Source: Tubiluchus corallicola (lineage: Eukaryota; Animalia; Priapulida). Taken from it: a DNA stretch of 64,000 nt. The stretch is taken from positions 434,001 to 498,000 of the forward strand of contig JAQGDQ010000137.1 of the NCBI GenBank assembly GCA_030141605.1, read 5' to 3'. The notes below the pieces were generated by a model that saw only the letters and a list, made by a program, of their open reading frames with translations, did not search any database and had not been told where the DNA came from. Shown here in pieces: positions 14,531 to 28,460 of the stretch (its first letter is position 1; each line of letters opens with the position of its first letter). Position numbers and translations under genes: made by a program.

Positions 14531-15080
14531 ACTCCAAAACGTAATTAACACTGCCTTCAGATTAGAACAGATCCACAACGACAAATAAAACAAAAAGTAG
14601 AACTACTAGAAATGCTGTTCGCAACAAGGCAGAGAAAGCTTTCTTCCTTTAAATCAGTCTCAGTCTAGGAAGTTAAGATAATCACATATTTGTTTACACT
14701 CGTGCAATGATAATTGAGTGCACTTATTTTGGAGCACTAACCTCCGTTAAAGTCACCTAACTATCCTACTATTAGGTCTCCAAACATAATGCTAAGTGCT
14801 TTGCATATTTTCTGCAATAACATGCCATAATTTTCTCTTGAAAACAATGTATACATTTATGTTAAAAAGTATTCGGCTGTAGTCTCAAGTGATTTTGGGA
14901 AAATGGTGACATTATTCTAAATAGTTCCTAATTCACAAAAATTTAACATTAACCTTGATGATACGTTATACCTTATTCTGATCTGTACTTAACTTTATAT
15001 CAGTAAAACATATATATTTTGCATATAACTGGTGCCATTTTACATATGCTATCTACATAAGAATGCACTATCACTATTTG

Positions 15081-18000
15081 TCAAATTTTTCCTTTCTGCT
15101 TTAACCTTTCAAAAAGTGGAAGGGGACTTTTACAGCAGTCACTTTCAATGTGCTCGCTTACTATTGCAAAATTGTTCCTTTGCAAATCACGTTTTTGAGA
15201 AATTTCACAAGCAGATCCACATTTATTCTGTTCAGATTTCACTGAAATTTGATAAACAGCACAATCTGTATCAGTTTTTATGCTCCTGCTGGGTAAAATA
15301 TTGCAAACAGCATGGGAATGAATTGCATCAGACACGGCTCGATTGACATATACATCATCAGAACCTGTAGTCAGTGATCGCTCGTGTGAAACAGAATATG
15401 CGCTGCTCTGTTGAACATCAATTACTCTTCCCAATTCAGAGGTAGCTTCACAGCATGCTTTCGTGCAAGAGTGGGAGAGGTGATCAGGTAGCAAACATTC
15501 GCTGCTTTCAAACAAATCTGCACTGGCATTGCCTACGGAATCATTTGGCATCATGTCATTTGTTGACAAACAATCAGAGGTTTTGACAGAGTTTAAAAAG
15601 GTATTTGAAGGATGCACTGTGCTTCTCACAGTATCAGGCTCGACAAAATCACTACTAGTCATTTTAACCTTTTCTGCTGCAGCAGAATTTTCACTCAGAC
15701 ATAATTTATTTGCTGCACATTTTTCTACATCTCTGCTATTTTTACCATCACCAGCCAGAAACATAGTTTCCAGGTCAGAATCGTCTGAAGAAATTATTAT
15801 TATTGCGCTAATGTCTTTTGGCAAACTGTCACGACTACAAATATGTTCATTTTTATTAAACACACCGTTTTCATTGAACAGATCTGCAGGACCCGAAGCA
15901 AATTTTTCAATAGCAGGCTGCAATTTCAATTCCAAACCAGTTTCGCTGTTGTTACTTTGTATTTTTTCATAAACTGCTTGGCTCTTTTCATTAATATCTG
16001 CCACCATGCTGTTCTTATGTGCAGAGTGAACGTAAGAATCTATTGTTACTTCTCTCAGTTTGCTTTCTAGATCTTCTATATCTACATCATTCATCTTCAC
16101 ATTTGTTTTGTTACGTGCCATTTTTTCTGCAAATGTGAAAAACGTGAAATCACAAAATGTACAAAGATAACACTGAAATCGGTTAATACTTTTTATTTCA
16201 AAATGGTAAACATGCTCGGCAAAATTACAATATTACTGATGAAAACTAGCTTTGCTGTATGGTTGTAATACTGCACTAAAAACATGTAAACTGAAGTAAC
16301 TGCATGGGCAAGTACAAAGAACTATTATACAATAACAGCAGTATTCAGACACGTAATATAAAAAGAATAATGTAGTCGACAAAACTGAATAGAGATGCTA
16401 TTAAACACTGAATAATTAAAAAACGATTCATTCTTTCTATGGAACAACGAAAAATTCAGCATGTCAGCACTGATTTCTAAAAAACTGCTTAAAATAAGCA
16501 ATTAATTAATTAATTACCTTATATAAGTCAAGAATGGGCTTTGGCCATGATGACAAAGAAAGATTGATTTATTAAATGCATTATTTGTTGCAAAAATTAA
16601 GATGCTGAAAAGTTTTTGAATCGGCAAGAAATTGAACTTGTTACTTTGCAATTATATGTCATTTAAAACTCTATGACCGAATTACAGGCTCACGGGAACA
16701 ATGATTAGGAAGAGAATAAGGGTTCTGTGAGGACGTTATAAGAATGATAATACACTAACAATAAAGATTAGTCTTGGTGGTAATGTAAGGTTCTTTTAGT
16801 CCATAGTTCTAGTCTCAAGTATAGGGTTCAATTCTCCAACAATTCACAGTTTTTCTGTGTTCGTACAAGTAAATCGTATACTGTTTTCCTTTGATATTTC
16901 TGTTAGTAACAGCTTATTATAACTGCTGCAGGAAACAAAAAATCACAATTTCCATGCGAGTGAACAATGCCCTCCTGATTTTTGAATCAATATATAATTC
17001 TTTGAAATCACCAGTTCACCCAGAAGAAAATAAGAGTTCAGTTTGTGAAAATCATGAAAAGGGAGCCAAATTCAGTTTTTTTTCGTAAAGATGTCACAAT
17101 GCAGTTTTATTGCATAATCACATGCTTGTGCAGATATATAGGCCTTATACTCAAGTAATCTTATGCAGCCAAGCAAGTGCAAGCAATTCGCTGTACAGTC
17201 ATTTAATTAGGCTGCTGAGCTTATTCAACCATCTACCTCATTAATTACATCAGCTTCCATAACTCTATGGTGAAAGAGCAGCACTAAATGTCAACGAACC
17301 AGGAAACCAGCACGATGTTAACATAACTCTACTACATTGATTACACAAGGTGACTTGTTCATGTTCAAAAATCTTTAAACCTGAAATCAATATTTTCAAG
17401 CCATCACTAACACCTATAATATTTTCGCACTGGCGAAAATATAACCACACTTATGATGTATTATAAATTTGAAACTTTTATTTGTGAAAGAATTAGCTAT
17501 ATTGCTGATGTTTGCTCGCTCTACAATTTTAATCACCAAACAACCAACTTACATCTATAATCAGCTAAATTGTGATTGCAATCTCTCGGACCACTAGGCA
17601 CTCAAATTTACTTTTTATTCCGACTGCAAAATCTAATTCTGGTACAAGACGGTTTATAGTCAGGCCAAGTAAGCATTACAACCAGTATGCAATCAAAACC
17701 GAATTAATAAAATTACAAAATTTGAAACATTCAAAATGAAACTCGGGGAAATACTTATAAATGGTAATTAGCTACTATGTATTTTATTTTTTAACTCTAA
17801 TCTAGCTTTGCAACCATGATTTTATGTAATAATAATTAGGATATTTCCTTATTTTTTATATTGCTTATTTTACGCATTTTACTTCCTTATACTGTTGTAA
17901 ACTGCACAAAGAAGAACCTCATTTATGGGGACTGTGCACATAATATAAAATAAGTAAATAAATAATGGTACTACTTATAAGCCACTTTATGAGTTTCCTC

Positions 18001-21000
18001 TTGGTTTTTATAAATGCTTGTGTTCTTCAACTTATTGATTATATTGATGATAAAAATTAACTCAACATAATAATCAATTGACATTTAAGTAATTAAAAAA
18101 TATATTGCCTGAGAAAGATGAATTCACATATTAAAAACAAGCTTCCATAGACAACTGCCCGGGAAACAGGTTATGGGTCCCACAGAGCTCAAACAATTTA
18201 GTTTAGTATTGCTTTTTTGTGCATTTATGTGTTTTTGTTCATTTTCTGATTGCACAGTTTTTCTGTGCAATTGAATACATTAAAAATCTTGCAATGGTAA
18301 CTGCACAACTTGTAACTTACATGCAACGTTCAGCTTTTAAAATTCTAAATTTCCACCACGTTAAAATTTTTTTAAGGAAGTCTAAAACTGGTTTTTTGAA
18401 GTAGTTTCTTGCTTGGATAAACTATGAACTTAACATACTTTCTACTAATGAAGTGTATAGGCCTAATGAGTAGTTAAACTGAATCTAAATCAGTGCTAAA
18501 TCAAATTTCTAGTGCTAAAAAAGTAAAAAGATGGTTACAGGACAAATGTGCATATTTATTTATTGCCTGCACAACCGAGTAAATCATATTCACAATATTC
18601 ACAATGTATATTAACAATACTGATGTAATTACCAGCAACAAACTGTGTATTTTACTGTCGTACTCATTTTTTTAAATTACACACTTGATTGCAATAAAAT
18701 TTTTACATAAATTATTCTAATCCTAAAATAGAGAAATTTGCTTTACAAAATTTACAATTACGTAATTAATATCTACACGAATGTGACACATCATGCAAGT
18801 TTAGACTTTTCCAGCAAAGCTGGGGAGTTAGAACTACTTGTACTGGCTTGAGTAACAGACATTTTTGGCGAAAAAGTGGCATTTTTCCTGATTGTGAAGA
18901 AGTCAGTCATTTTTCTCTGACTAACATCTGAAAGGAAAATTTACAAACAATTTATAAAGTAGCATAAAAACAACAACAAGTGAAATCAGTACAAGACCGA
19001 TGGAACGTTTTATAAACTTCCAGTAAAATAGGTCAAAAATAAAAATATTTCTGGGGTCGAAAAATTGTAACTTCAACGACTCACCACTTTTCAATGTCTT
19101 TTAAACTGGTTTTGTTACTCACTGCAAGGAAACATTTGCAATCTGGCATAAATGACAATTTCAAACTTATGGCTGAAACTAAAGCAGTGCAGTTATTTTT
19201 TCGATCATGAAAGTGTTCATACTTTATGACAAGTATCATCTAAAAGTTCATAAACTAGTTCAGATTTTACCATTAACCATGTTCACATTTGCACACTAGC
19301 TTAGGCCAGAAATGTAGAAAGTTATGCATAAAAATTTAATAACTTTTATTTTCTGGTTTAGTCTCAATCAAGCTGTAATGTTCATTGTTTAGATGGAAAC
19401 TATACAGCACAGCTGCAGGTTGGTAACAAACATTTCACCACAGCATCAGCACCTCTTACTTAAAACACAAGAAAAACACTATTCATAAATAAAGTTTAAA
19501 AAATTTCTTTTGAAATTTTATATCACCTACATGCTGTCATATTGTGTACAGGGGTTGCATTAACAGTAATACTGTATAAAATTAATAAATTTAAACTTCA
19601 GCAGGGCATTAGGCACTGCCATTTTAAACAAGTTTAAATAACATTGTTAAAAGTTTGAAAAAATAATTGGAGAGCATTCATAGTAAACAGTTCACTAACT
19701 AGATAAAAGTTTAAATCATTGAATCTTCTCAATAAGATTAAAAATATGTTTTTGGTGAGTCAGTGGTTTACTAAGAATTTTCTTTTCTCGCTACGTAAGT
19801 CTTTCAAGCAGGAATATAAGTCTGTGTGGAAAGTTTTTTGGGACTTACTTTAAAACTGCCTTTTCTTCCCTTTATATTAGCTAAAATAATAAAACTGTGA
19901 AGAAAAACAGGTAATTAAAAATGCTGAAAAATTACCTTTGGCTTTCTTGGTCTTTGAAGATTTTCCCTTTTTTGCTTTCTTTTTGGTTTCCAAGTCATCA
20001 AAGAACTGCTTTGTGATGTCCGGAAATGCATGGGAAAATTCCTCTTCATTTTCAATTGTTGTATAAAACTGTTCTTCGGTTATATGGTCACAATCTAAAC
20101 GCATTTGTAAATCTTAATGGTTTGTTAACAAAAAGTGTATTTACCAATGTACACAATTAGTACAAATTTAAATAAGTTTTATCCCTCCACTATGTTATTA
20201 CACTGTTTATGAAGGTGCTGGGTCGTTTGTAGCAATTGTTGTGCACGGCATAAATAATGGTACATAAAAATGTAAAATAAGTGTGCTGTAACACAGCCTG
20301 TGAATGTAAATGAAAACAAGTTGAGTGCTTACCAATTTTCTTCCACTGAATTTCTAAGCATGGCACACCTTGTGATATTCTAGTCTTAACAATTCTGAAA
20401 AAAGTGATTTTACAATAACACTAATACTCCACATGACTTGTTAACTTAAAGTCAAATGACAATTTAAAGTCACGAAGAATTTTTTTCTTTCTTTGAGAAC
20501 TTATGTTACAACTCCAAATTTTTTTTGGATAAATCAGAAGAGTTCACGATGATAATGAAATAACACTTTTGATTTCGTAATGTTTTATCAAGATGCGCCA
20601 AAAGATTGCACATGATATGAGCTGTTAGTCAGCATGGTTGTCTGCAACAAAATAGAAACTTAAATTACTGAAAACTGTAAAACTGAAGTTCTAAATGAAA
20701 GAAAAACAGCTAAGCCAATCATTACTATTGTTGTTACACTTTTTCGAACATTGGATTGCGACATTTTTAACCCAAGAATTTATTTAATTAAATTAGATAT
20801 TGCAAGACATTCGCATTAGTATCAATGGAGGCTAATTAATAGTATTTCATCCCCCAAAATAAATTTTGCAGACGCACACATATTTTCAGTATTTCAACTA
20901 ATGAATAACTGTAAGCAGTAAAAACTTCCATTTTGTCTAAAAAATTGCTGGATTTTTAAAATGATTTACTCTTACGCATTGCACTATAAATCTTTATATT

Positions 21001-24000
21001 GTCATCTTTCAGGTTTACACTGACATTTTGAGTACATATTTACGAAACCTCAGATGTTGTATATTAAGGTTTTTTGGGATAGCACTTGATACATGTATCA
21101 TGTATACATGTATGTAGGATGTATGTGCATATGTAGGAGATGCTTATTAATCACTCCATGGAAGTACAACATGAAATTTCATGCCAAATGTTGCTCTGTT
21201 TTAATTTTAATTCAAAGTAAGTAATTTTTGCATAGCAAATGGTAAATTCAACAGAAAAATAGATCAGGCGAATTATTAAAAATGATATCAGAAATTCGCT
21301 AAATTGGGAAATATTAAAATTTTGTCAAACAATAAGGAAATAACCATATAATGTTATAAATTCTAAATATTACTATTTGGAATGTCACAAACTAACGGCA
21401 CATTCAGACTAGAGAGTTTTCTCTCAAGTGTGAATGATTTTGCGAGTTCTCTCAGTAAGTTATTGCAAGCTCTTTGAAGTAAACTAGCTCTATTCATTGC
21501 GAGAACTCTCGGAGAAAAAATTCTCTAGTCCGAATGTGCCGTAATCGTTACCTTAGCGGTTCCATGTGGTCATCACAGATTCTATGACAAGCAATATCCT
21601 GCAGGTCCCAAGCAGTTAATAATGGAATGACTTTTTGCAGAACATATAATGGCTGCCAGCTGGGTCCTAAAGTACTGTGAAGAAATACCTGTACACAAAC
21701 AAATGCATAAAGATTGCAGCACATAAATGTTATCCGCATATCAAATTTCTAGAATTATTTTACAAAGTTGGGTAAAATTTACCTGTTGAACTTTTGCGTT
21801 TTCTTGTCAATGAATCGACATGGCAAACTTGCATACTTAGTAATGAAGCACATTGCAAAATTGAAGCAACAATGAATCGATGGAAAGCATCACAGGCATC
21901 AACAAAGAACTTTTAAAAATAGGAAAACTAAATCTTAAGATTAGAAGAAAAACTGTAGACGAAAACCTGCAATTTATTCAACTGCGGCCTTTTCCATTTC
22001 CAGTAATTGTCAGGCACCGAGTGACTTCTTGTAAACTCTTTGATAATCTGCAAAACCAGCAACAATCATATAAACGTGGTCCAAATGTCTAGATATATTA
22101 AACTTGTGAATTATATTAGGAGGAAAGCTAGAAATTTACTTTACCTACACACTTACAACAACAAAGAACTGTAGCAGATTGTTACCTCTTCGTTGGGAAA
22201 CTTATCCAGTTTCATGGCTTTCTCCCTTACCGATAATTCGGTTTTGTATTTTTCAGAAAGGGTTTTTTGCTTATGCCACTCACAAGGACACTGGTATGTA
22301 GTTTCATTGTTAGCCATACAGCTAGTTGAACTGTCACATAAGCCACAACCTGATTTGGCATGCAGTTTTGCTTGACCTGCAAATGAATATACATATGTTA
22401 ATAAAAAACTCAAAGCTAAGGTGTTTATAAATGCCGGTACAATTATTGGGAAGGTTAACGGCACATTCAGACAAGTGAGTTTTCTTGTGCGAGTTTACTC
22501 TCTGACTACAATGTTTCAAAGTAACTTTCCACAACTAGCAGCAACTTACAGCAAGTTTTGAGCATGCTTATGAGCTACTTGGCAAACTACTGTGACTTTA
22601 CTTGGCGAGTTACTGCGAGTTTACCTGACGAGCTACTGCAAGTTCACTTGACAAGCCACTACACATTTACTTGGCAAGTCTACTTAGTGAGCTACCATGA
22701 GTTTACTTAGCAAGTCTACTTGGTGAGCTAATTTGAGCTTACTTTGCGTTTACTTGGTGAGCTAACGCTAGTTTACTTGGTGAGTTAATGCGAGTTTACT
22801 TAGTGAGTCTATTTGGTGAGCTACTGCGAGTTTACTTGGTAAGCTAGCGTGAGTTTACTTTGTGTTTACTGGGTGAGCTAATGCAATTTTACTTGGTGAG
22901 CTACCGCGAGATTACTTAGTGAGTCTACTTGGTGAGCTAACGCGAGTTTACTTGGTGAGCTAACGCAAGTTTACTTAGTAAGCTAATGCGAGTTTACTTA
23001 GTGAGTCTACTTGGTGAGTTAACGCAAGTTTACTTAGTGAGTACACTTGGTGAGCACACTTGGTGAGCTAACACAAGTTTACTTAGTAAGCCAATGCAAG
23101 TTTACTTGGCGAGTCTACTTGGTGAGCTAACGTAAGTTTACTTAGTCTACTTGGTGAGCCACCACGAGTTTACTTAGTGAGTCTATTTGGTTAGCTACCA
23201 CGAGTTTATTTAGTGAGTCTACTTGGTGAGCTACTGCGAGTTTACTTGGTGAAAAAACTCTTTAGTGTAAATGCAGTTAGTTCACAAATAAACTGAAGTC
23301 GAAGAACAGAAATTTAATAAATGGTTTTACAATCTAAAATCTCAACTAAGCAATAATACTATAATGTAAAAAGTAATTTTTCACAAGACATTGATCGCAT
23401 AGAAATACAGCGAAATACAAAATATCCGCCCTACATCAGTGAAAAGGTTTATACATTCAGTAATTAAAATTCAAATAGTTTTTTGTGTCAACTGTGACTT
23501 ATATTCCATAAATGTTTGCATAATAACACCATCCAGATGGGAGATATTTATTACTGAAGTACAATCACTACAGACACAATATACAAAGCAGTTAAAAAAA
23601 TGGATGCAGGCTTAACTGCTGCGTTTTGAAATATAAGCATTTTTCGTTTTACGAAAAGTGAAATTTTAAGAAACATTCTAAATTAACCAAAATGTAATTC
23701 TAAAAATCTCAAATCCATTTATGCAATTCAAAATATATGGGCATGCACATGATTCTATCTATTGATAAGTTTTATTCCTAGTAATTTACAGTCACTAGGT
23801 AACGCTGTTCAGTTGCATGTCCTGCAGACTATATCTATGAGTTTGATTTCCAGTAGGTAAAAGCTGATTGCATGGAGCAGCAAGAAACCTGACATGATGA
23901 ATCAATCAGAAAAAAATCGTTGTTCAGTTTCACTGATGATGTTTTAGACATTAATAAATAAAAAAGGTAAGTTTTAAAGCACTTGCAGCAATCTTGAGGT

Positions 24001-27000
24001 GATTTCAAAATTGTCTTAGCACTAATGAGTGACGTATAAAGCATTCAAGATAGTTAAGATTTTGAGAGCCAAATTACCTGGATGCAAGCAAATCTTACAG
24101 TGTTTGACCTTTCCAATTGACTTTACCATAGGCAAGTTGTCGAAGTAATTAGTTTCGTCAGACCACTGGCGAAACCTACAAAAGCATACAAATCTCAATG
24201 GCGACCATTAGATTAAATATGTGAAAAAGGTAACATTCAAATTCACTCAGTAGGGATGATATGGAAATGAAATATGGTTTGGAGAACAGAACTAAAGACA
24301 TCATTTCCGCTCCGATTTTAGTAACCTCCAGAACTACCAACTGCTAAAACTAACTACGTGGTTTATAAAATTTTGCATAAAATCGTTAGTATGTCACGAA
24401 ATCAACTTTAATTTCTTATTAAACTAATGAAATACGATGTTTATCATTTATTTATGCTAATTTTTTATAAAAGAACCTTTGCGCTGCAATCACTAAGAAG
24501 TATACGCACAGCAAGATTAATAGCCAAATTTTTTTTCAGACTAAAGTCTTGGTTAACTTCAGGTTCTGGATGTTTACAGCAGTCCTACACACGTAACAGA
24601 CTAATAAAACTAGAGAGCTTTAGTTCACAAATGGGGAATAAGACTAGAGAGCTTTTGTTCAGAACTGGAGAACAAAATACAAAATTAGCAATCCTAAACC
24701 GTACAGCACAGCACATTTGCTTGTAATTTTAAACATTCTAAAGGACGTTTTGTCTACAGTCAACTTAATTAAAACCCAAGTTACAAGAAAAGAAATGAAG
24801 CTTAATGTAAAAAATATGTAACACCATTAGAGGTTTTGCAGATGAAATACGTATGTGGCACATAATGTTTTTACAGAAAGAGACCTAAATTTTACATGTA
24901 ATAAATGTAAGAATGACTTTTATTTATAATATAATGACTATATATATTAATCAAGCTGATAATGCAAACAAAATTGCTAAATTAGTGTGCAACAGATTTG
25001 AACGCGAAGTTATTTTCAAGTTTAAATTTGTGATACTATGATAGTGAAAAGCCATGTAATTAATAGAACAGTGATATAAATGTGTTTGCTGTAGTTGAAA
25101 TGCCTAAAGTTAAAAACTATCGTGCAGTTATAAGTGAGCCTTCACACACAGAAGGGAAACAATAAATTTACTGTTTCCGTAAATCAAACGTAAAGTAATG
25201 CAATAATCACCTCTCCAAAGGACTGATTTCTTCTTCGTCAAAGAAGTCCAAAAGCTCCATAGCTTTAGCTGTACCTATACCAGGTATACCCTCAGCTGCA
25301 TAATCACAGCCAAGCATAAGAGCCAAAGCAATTAACTTCTCTCTAGACAGAGCCAAATCGTTTTGTATTCTTTGCATCTGATAGCATTCTGCGTGGGCAT
25401 CCTGCAAAAGAAAAAAATCCATAAAATCCAACGACTAAGTGACAGGCATAATGGTTAATAATACTAATGGTTTAAACACATTACATAAACTATTAACGAC
25501 AAATATGACCAACAAGAAAATCACCTTAGCTATAGTAAAATTTCGATACACTGTCTTAGCACCATATAAAAAAGTGTCACTATCTTCAGTAATGACTCCA
25601 TCAACAATCTGGAAAAGAAAATTAGAAGAATTTACTAACATAGCAACAATTACTTAACAGTCCAACTCAGCATAGAAATTTTTCTACATATCAATTTATT
25701 GTCCACATGCATGCATGCATGCACACACGCACACACACACACACATTATCAAATATAACGTTTTTTAAGCAACTCTGCTATGCTAGTCTAATCAAAAATT
25801 ATCTGCCTTTTCTTGATCAAGGATGGCACACAAATGTTCTGCTTCGCCCTGGCTCTTTATGTAAGGTAATCCCAGAAAATCTAGCAAGATGCAGCACTGA
25901 AACAACACAATGTTGCTAAATTAGTATAACCATCCAATACATAAAGTTTTTATTTTAATCAACCTCATAAATGTTATGAACCAGGTTACAGAACTAGAAA
26001 TAATTCTAAGTTTATTGTACCACACTATGTCATAATTTTTTTTAAGATGTGAGGTAGTGGTAGTGCTAAATGCTGCACAACCAAAGGAGTTTCTCAGATC
26101 ATTAGTAAATGTACTTAATTTACTAAATATGATAGCAAGAAAAAATAGCTAATGTTTATAAGTTTGCATCCTAATAACACGGAGGGAAAAGAAAACAGTT
26201 TGCTGAACCTTTTACTAATTTGATAAGATTATAGAAACATTAAGAATTCATCAAGTGTTACTTTAAATTGCTTTTAAATGGCAGCAATCAAATTAGAAGC
26301 AAAAGAAATGGTAAAAACATTGCAAAGTCATGTTATTAATCATTTAATTTCAAAGTTCATTTAATATCTTGTACTCACTTCATCAGCTGTTCTTTGCACA
26401 TAACTTCGAGAGCTTTTACAGCAATCTGATGAGGAGACAGCGCCCCACTTAGCATGGATTCTCTTTTTTACTGTATCTGCCTTAATGTCAGGAATGTTCC
26501 CATCCAGGACAAAGATAGGCTTGATATGATGCTGAATCATATATGCTGCCCGAAAAAACAGGTTTCTAAAAAAAATTTGGCAATTTAAATGCAATGGTCA
26601 TTAATTTTAGTTACAAGGTCACCAAATTAGGATGACAATTACAATGCAAGTGCCGTGAACATCATACACTATCGTACGATCTTGCAACATTTAAAAGAGA
26701 TTGCCTAAATTTCTTCTTCTTTTTCGATGCATCAGTGCTTAGCTTAAACACTATAGCACGATTGTATTATGTATTTAAACCTGAACGAACCAGTTTGAAT
26801 TAGCTTTTACATAACTAGTTGTTTAGGCTATATAGTTTACAAAAACTTATTCTGACATTAACTACTTGTCATAAACTTACTAGATTTCGTGCTGTTTCAC
26901 TATCATTTGATAAATGTTCTTTGCATACCAATATTTGTTAGAAACTTTTATGAAAATATAATGTTAATTAGATTTTGAGCACTTAGATACCTATGCACTC

Positions 27001-28001
27001 TCCACTTAAGTCAGTGATTTAAGAATATAAACTTGTAGTTTTACTAACTGGACAAAAGAAAATCATTTTAATTATTCTAAATTTAAATTTATGTTGTATA
27101 TTTATCCTAATGTCATCATACATTTTTAGTTTTGGATAGTGCTGCCACCTTCAGGTGCTCTTGTTAAAATTGTTAAAGCTTTCTCTTTACTGTTTAAATT
27201 TTCATTGGCTTCTACAGTCTTTATGAATGCATAATCTCTAAACCTGTTTTCACGCCAAAATGATTTCACTTGTAGTTCTGGTCACTTGGTTTTCTGCTTT
27301 TCAACATGACACTACTTCACTGTTAATGTAGACATTTCAGAATAAAATCTTAAAACTAAATTTCATGTTTTTTGGTTTCTTCAAACCACTAACCATACAT
27401 TATGTAGCTTAATTAAATCATCATCATCACTGCATTGTATTGTAATCGTCTGTGGTTGTAAAAATAAATACTGGTCATGAAGTTATGTAATCATAATGCA
27501 GAGTAATCAACAAATTCAACATTTCACATTTAATTGAGTCCATTTCGAACTACTAACGTTTAGTAAACGATGAAGTCTGCCATTTTGATTACCGCCCTCC
27601 CTATCCTTTCTGAAGATGAATAAAAAAGCTAACATTAATTTTTTCCAAAGCTTAGCAGCAAGTTTTCTGAAATGTAGATTACCAAACACTTTACAGCCCA
27701 ACTCACATTTTCAGCTAAATAGACTAAATGTGCAAAATGGTCAGACTTATAAATACAACTTAGCTGGTCTAGGGAGAGTTGAGCTTTATGACTACGATGC
27801 AAGTTTAACATCTTACTAATAATTGAAGAATTCACATTTCTACCTAATATGCATATTCTGGGCGTTGCTATATGATTTTACTGTATCATTTTCCACCATC
27901 CAAGCACTCAGATCAACAGCCACAGTCTTGTGTTTGAGATCTCCAAGGGGCATGTGCTCTTGGACTGGGTCCAGTATACTCCAAAGTCCTTTCACACCCA
28001 T
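15081..28001 (-). CDS. GEN1: Flap endonuclease GEN homolog 1 (Holliday junction resolvase, XPG/Rad2 family)
   Basis: Exons: 28001-27844, 26565-26379, 25896-25807, 25608-25525, 25401-25211, 24175-24078, 22376-22186, 22047-21967, 21688-21552, 20394-20333, 20094-19936, (18927-18791 extra exon), 16126-15081. Phases are consistent. Motifs: MGVKGLW..AVDLSAW, RNLFFR, FVLDG, GEAE, TEDSDTFLYGA, LGCDY..GIPGIG, HCKICLHPG, CPCEWH, chromodomain-like RIVKTRISQGVPCLEIQW, C-terminal SPLPLFERLK. Confidence 0.95.
18791..18927 (-). CDS. GEN1: GEN1 extra (possibly alternative terminal) exon encoding a PIP box/PIP degron
   Basis: Acceptor TTTTCCTTTCAG, phase 1 matching the upstream exon; reads DVSQRKMTDFFTIRKNATFSPKMSVTQASTSSSNSPALLEKSKLA*; minus-strand AATAAA at about 18555. 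Confidence 0.7.
21396..21541. mobile_element. PIF/Harbinger-type MITE
   Basis: TIRs CGGCACATTCAGACTAGAG / CTCTAGTCCGAATGTGCCG flanked by TAA on both sides. Confidence 0.8.
22459..23276. mobile_element. Related PIF/Harbinger-type MITE with internal minisatellite array
   Basis: Left end TAA-CGGCACATTCAGAC is identical to the 21396 element; right end is degenerate (AAAACTCTTTAGTGTAAATGCAG); interior about 22590-23250 consists of GAGTTTACTT(G/A)GTGAGCTAAC-type repeats. Confidence 0.75.
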
Positions 28002-28460
28002 GCCTTTGCCTTGAACTTGGATCAAGAATGGTTCAGCAATCAACTCATTTTTCTTTTTCGGAAAAAGAATAAAAAAAAATTATTTGATTGAGAATTAAAA
28101 TTTTCAACAACAAAGTACGATGTAATACTTTCTAAGCGAACATCAAAGCAAAAAACATTACAAATGAAACAATATTAGAAAATCTGGACGGAGCTGCGAA
28201 ACTACAGCTTTACACAGAAAGTGAGGTTTGTGTGGGCTGACATGACAGAATCAAATACCACACACTATGGAGTGAACAATATAAGCCCATACGATAACGA
28301 AACAACGAGTGTTACAAAAAATCTTTGAAGCAGATACTATCGCTATTCTCTGTTGGACAAAAGGCTGAGAGTAGTTGTACAAGTAGCTGGCACTCGGGCC
28401 AATGCTTAGTCGTCTTGCTTAAAATGTACCTTGCTGAAAAGCTAAGTTATTCATTATAGA

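Noticed and set aside
15032-16070. Plus-strand ORFs 15032, 15529 and 15843
   Set aside because: Antisense shadows of the GEN1 terminal exon.
15081-16121. 346-aa ORF as an independent gene
   Set aside because: It is preceded by a phase-compatible acceptor and ends in the GEN1-type SPLPL..RLK motif, so it is treated as GEN1's last exon.
22590-23250. Repeat array as a CRISPR-like locus
   Set aside because: No unique spacers, eukaryotic intron context, and enclosed by MITE termini.
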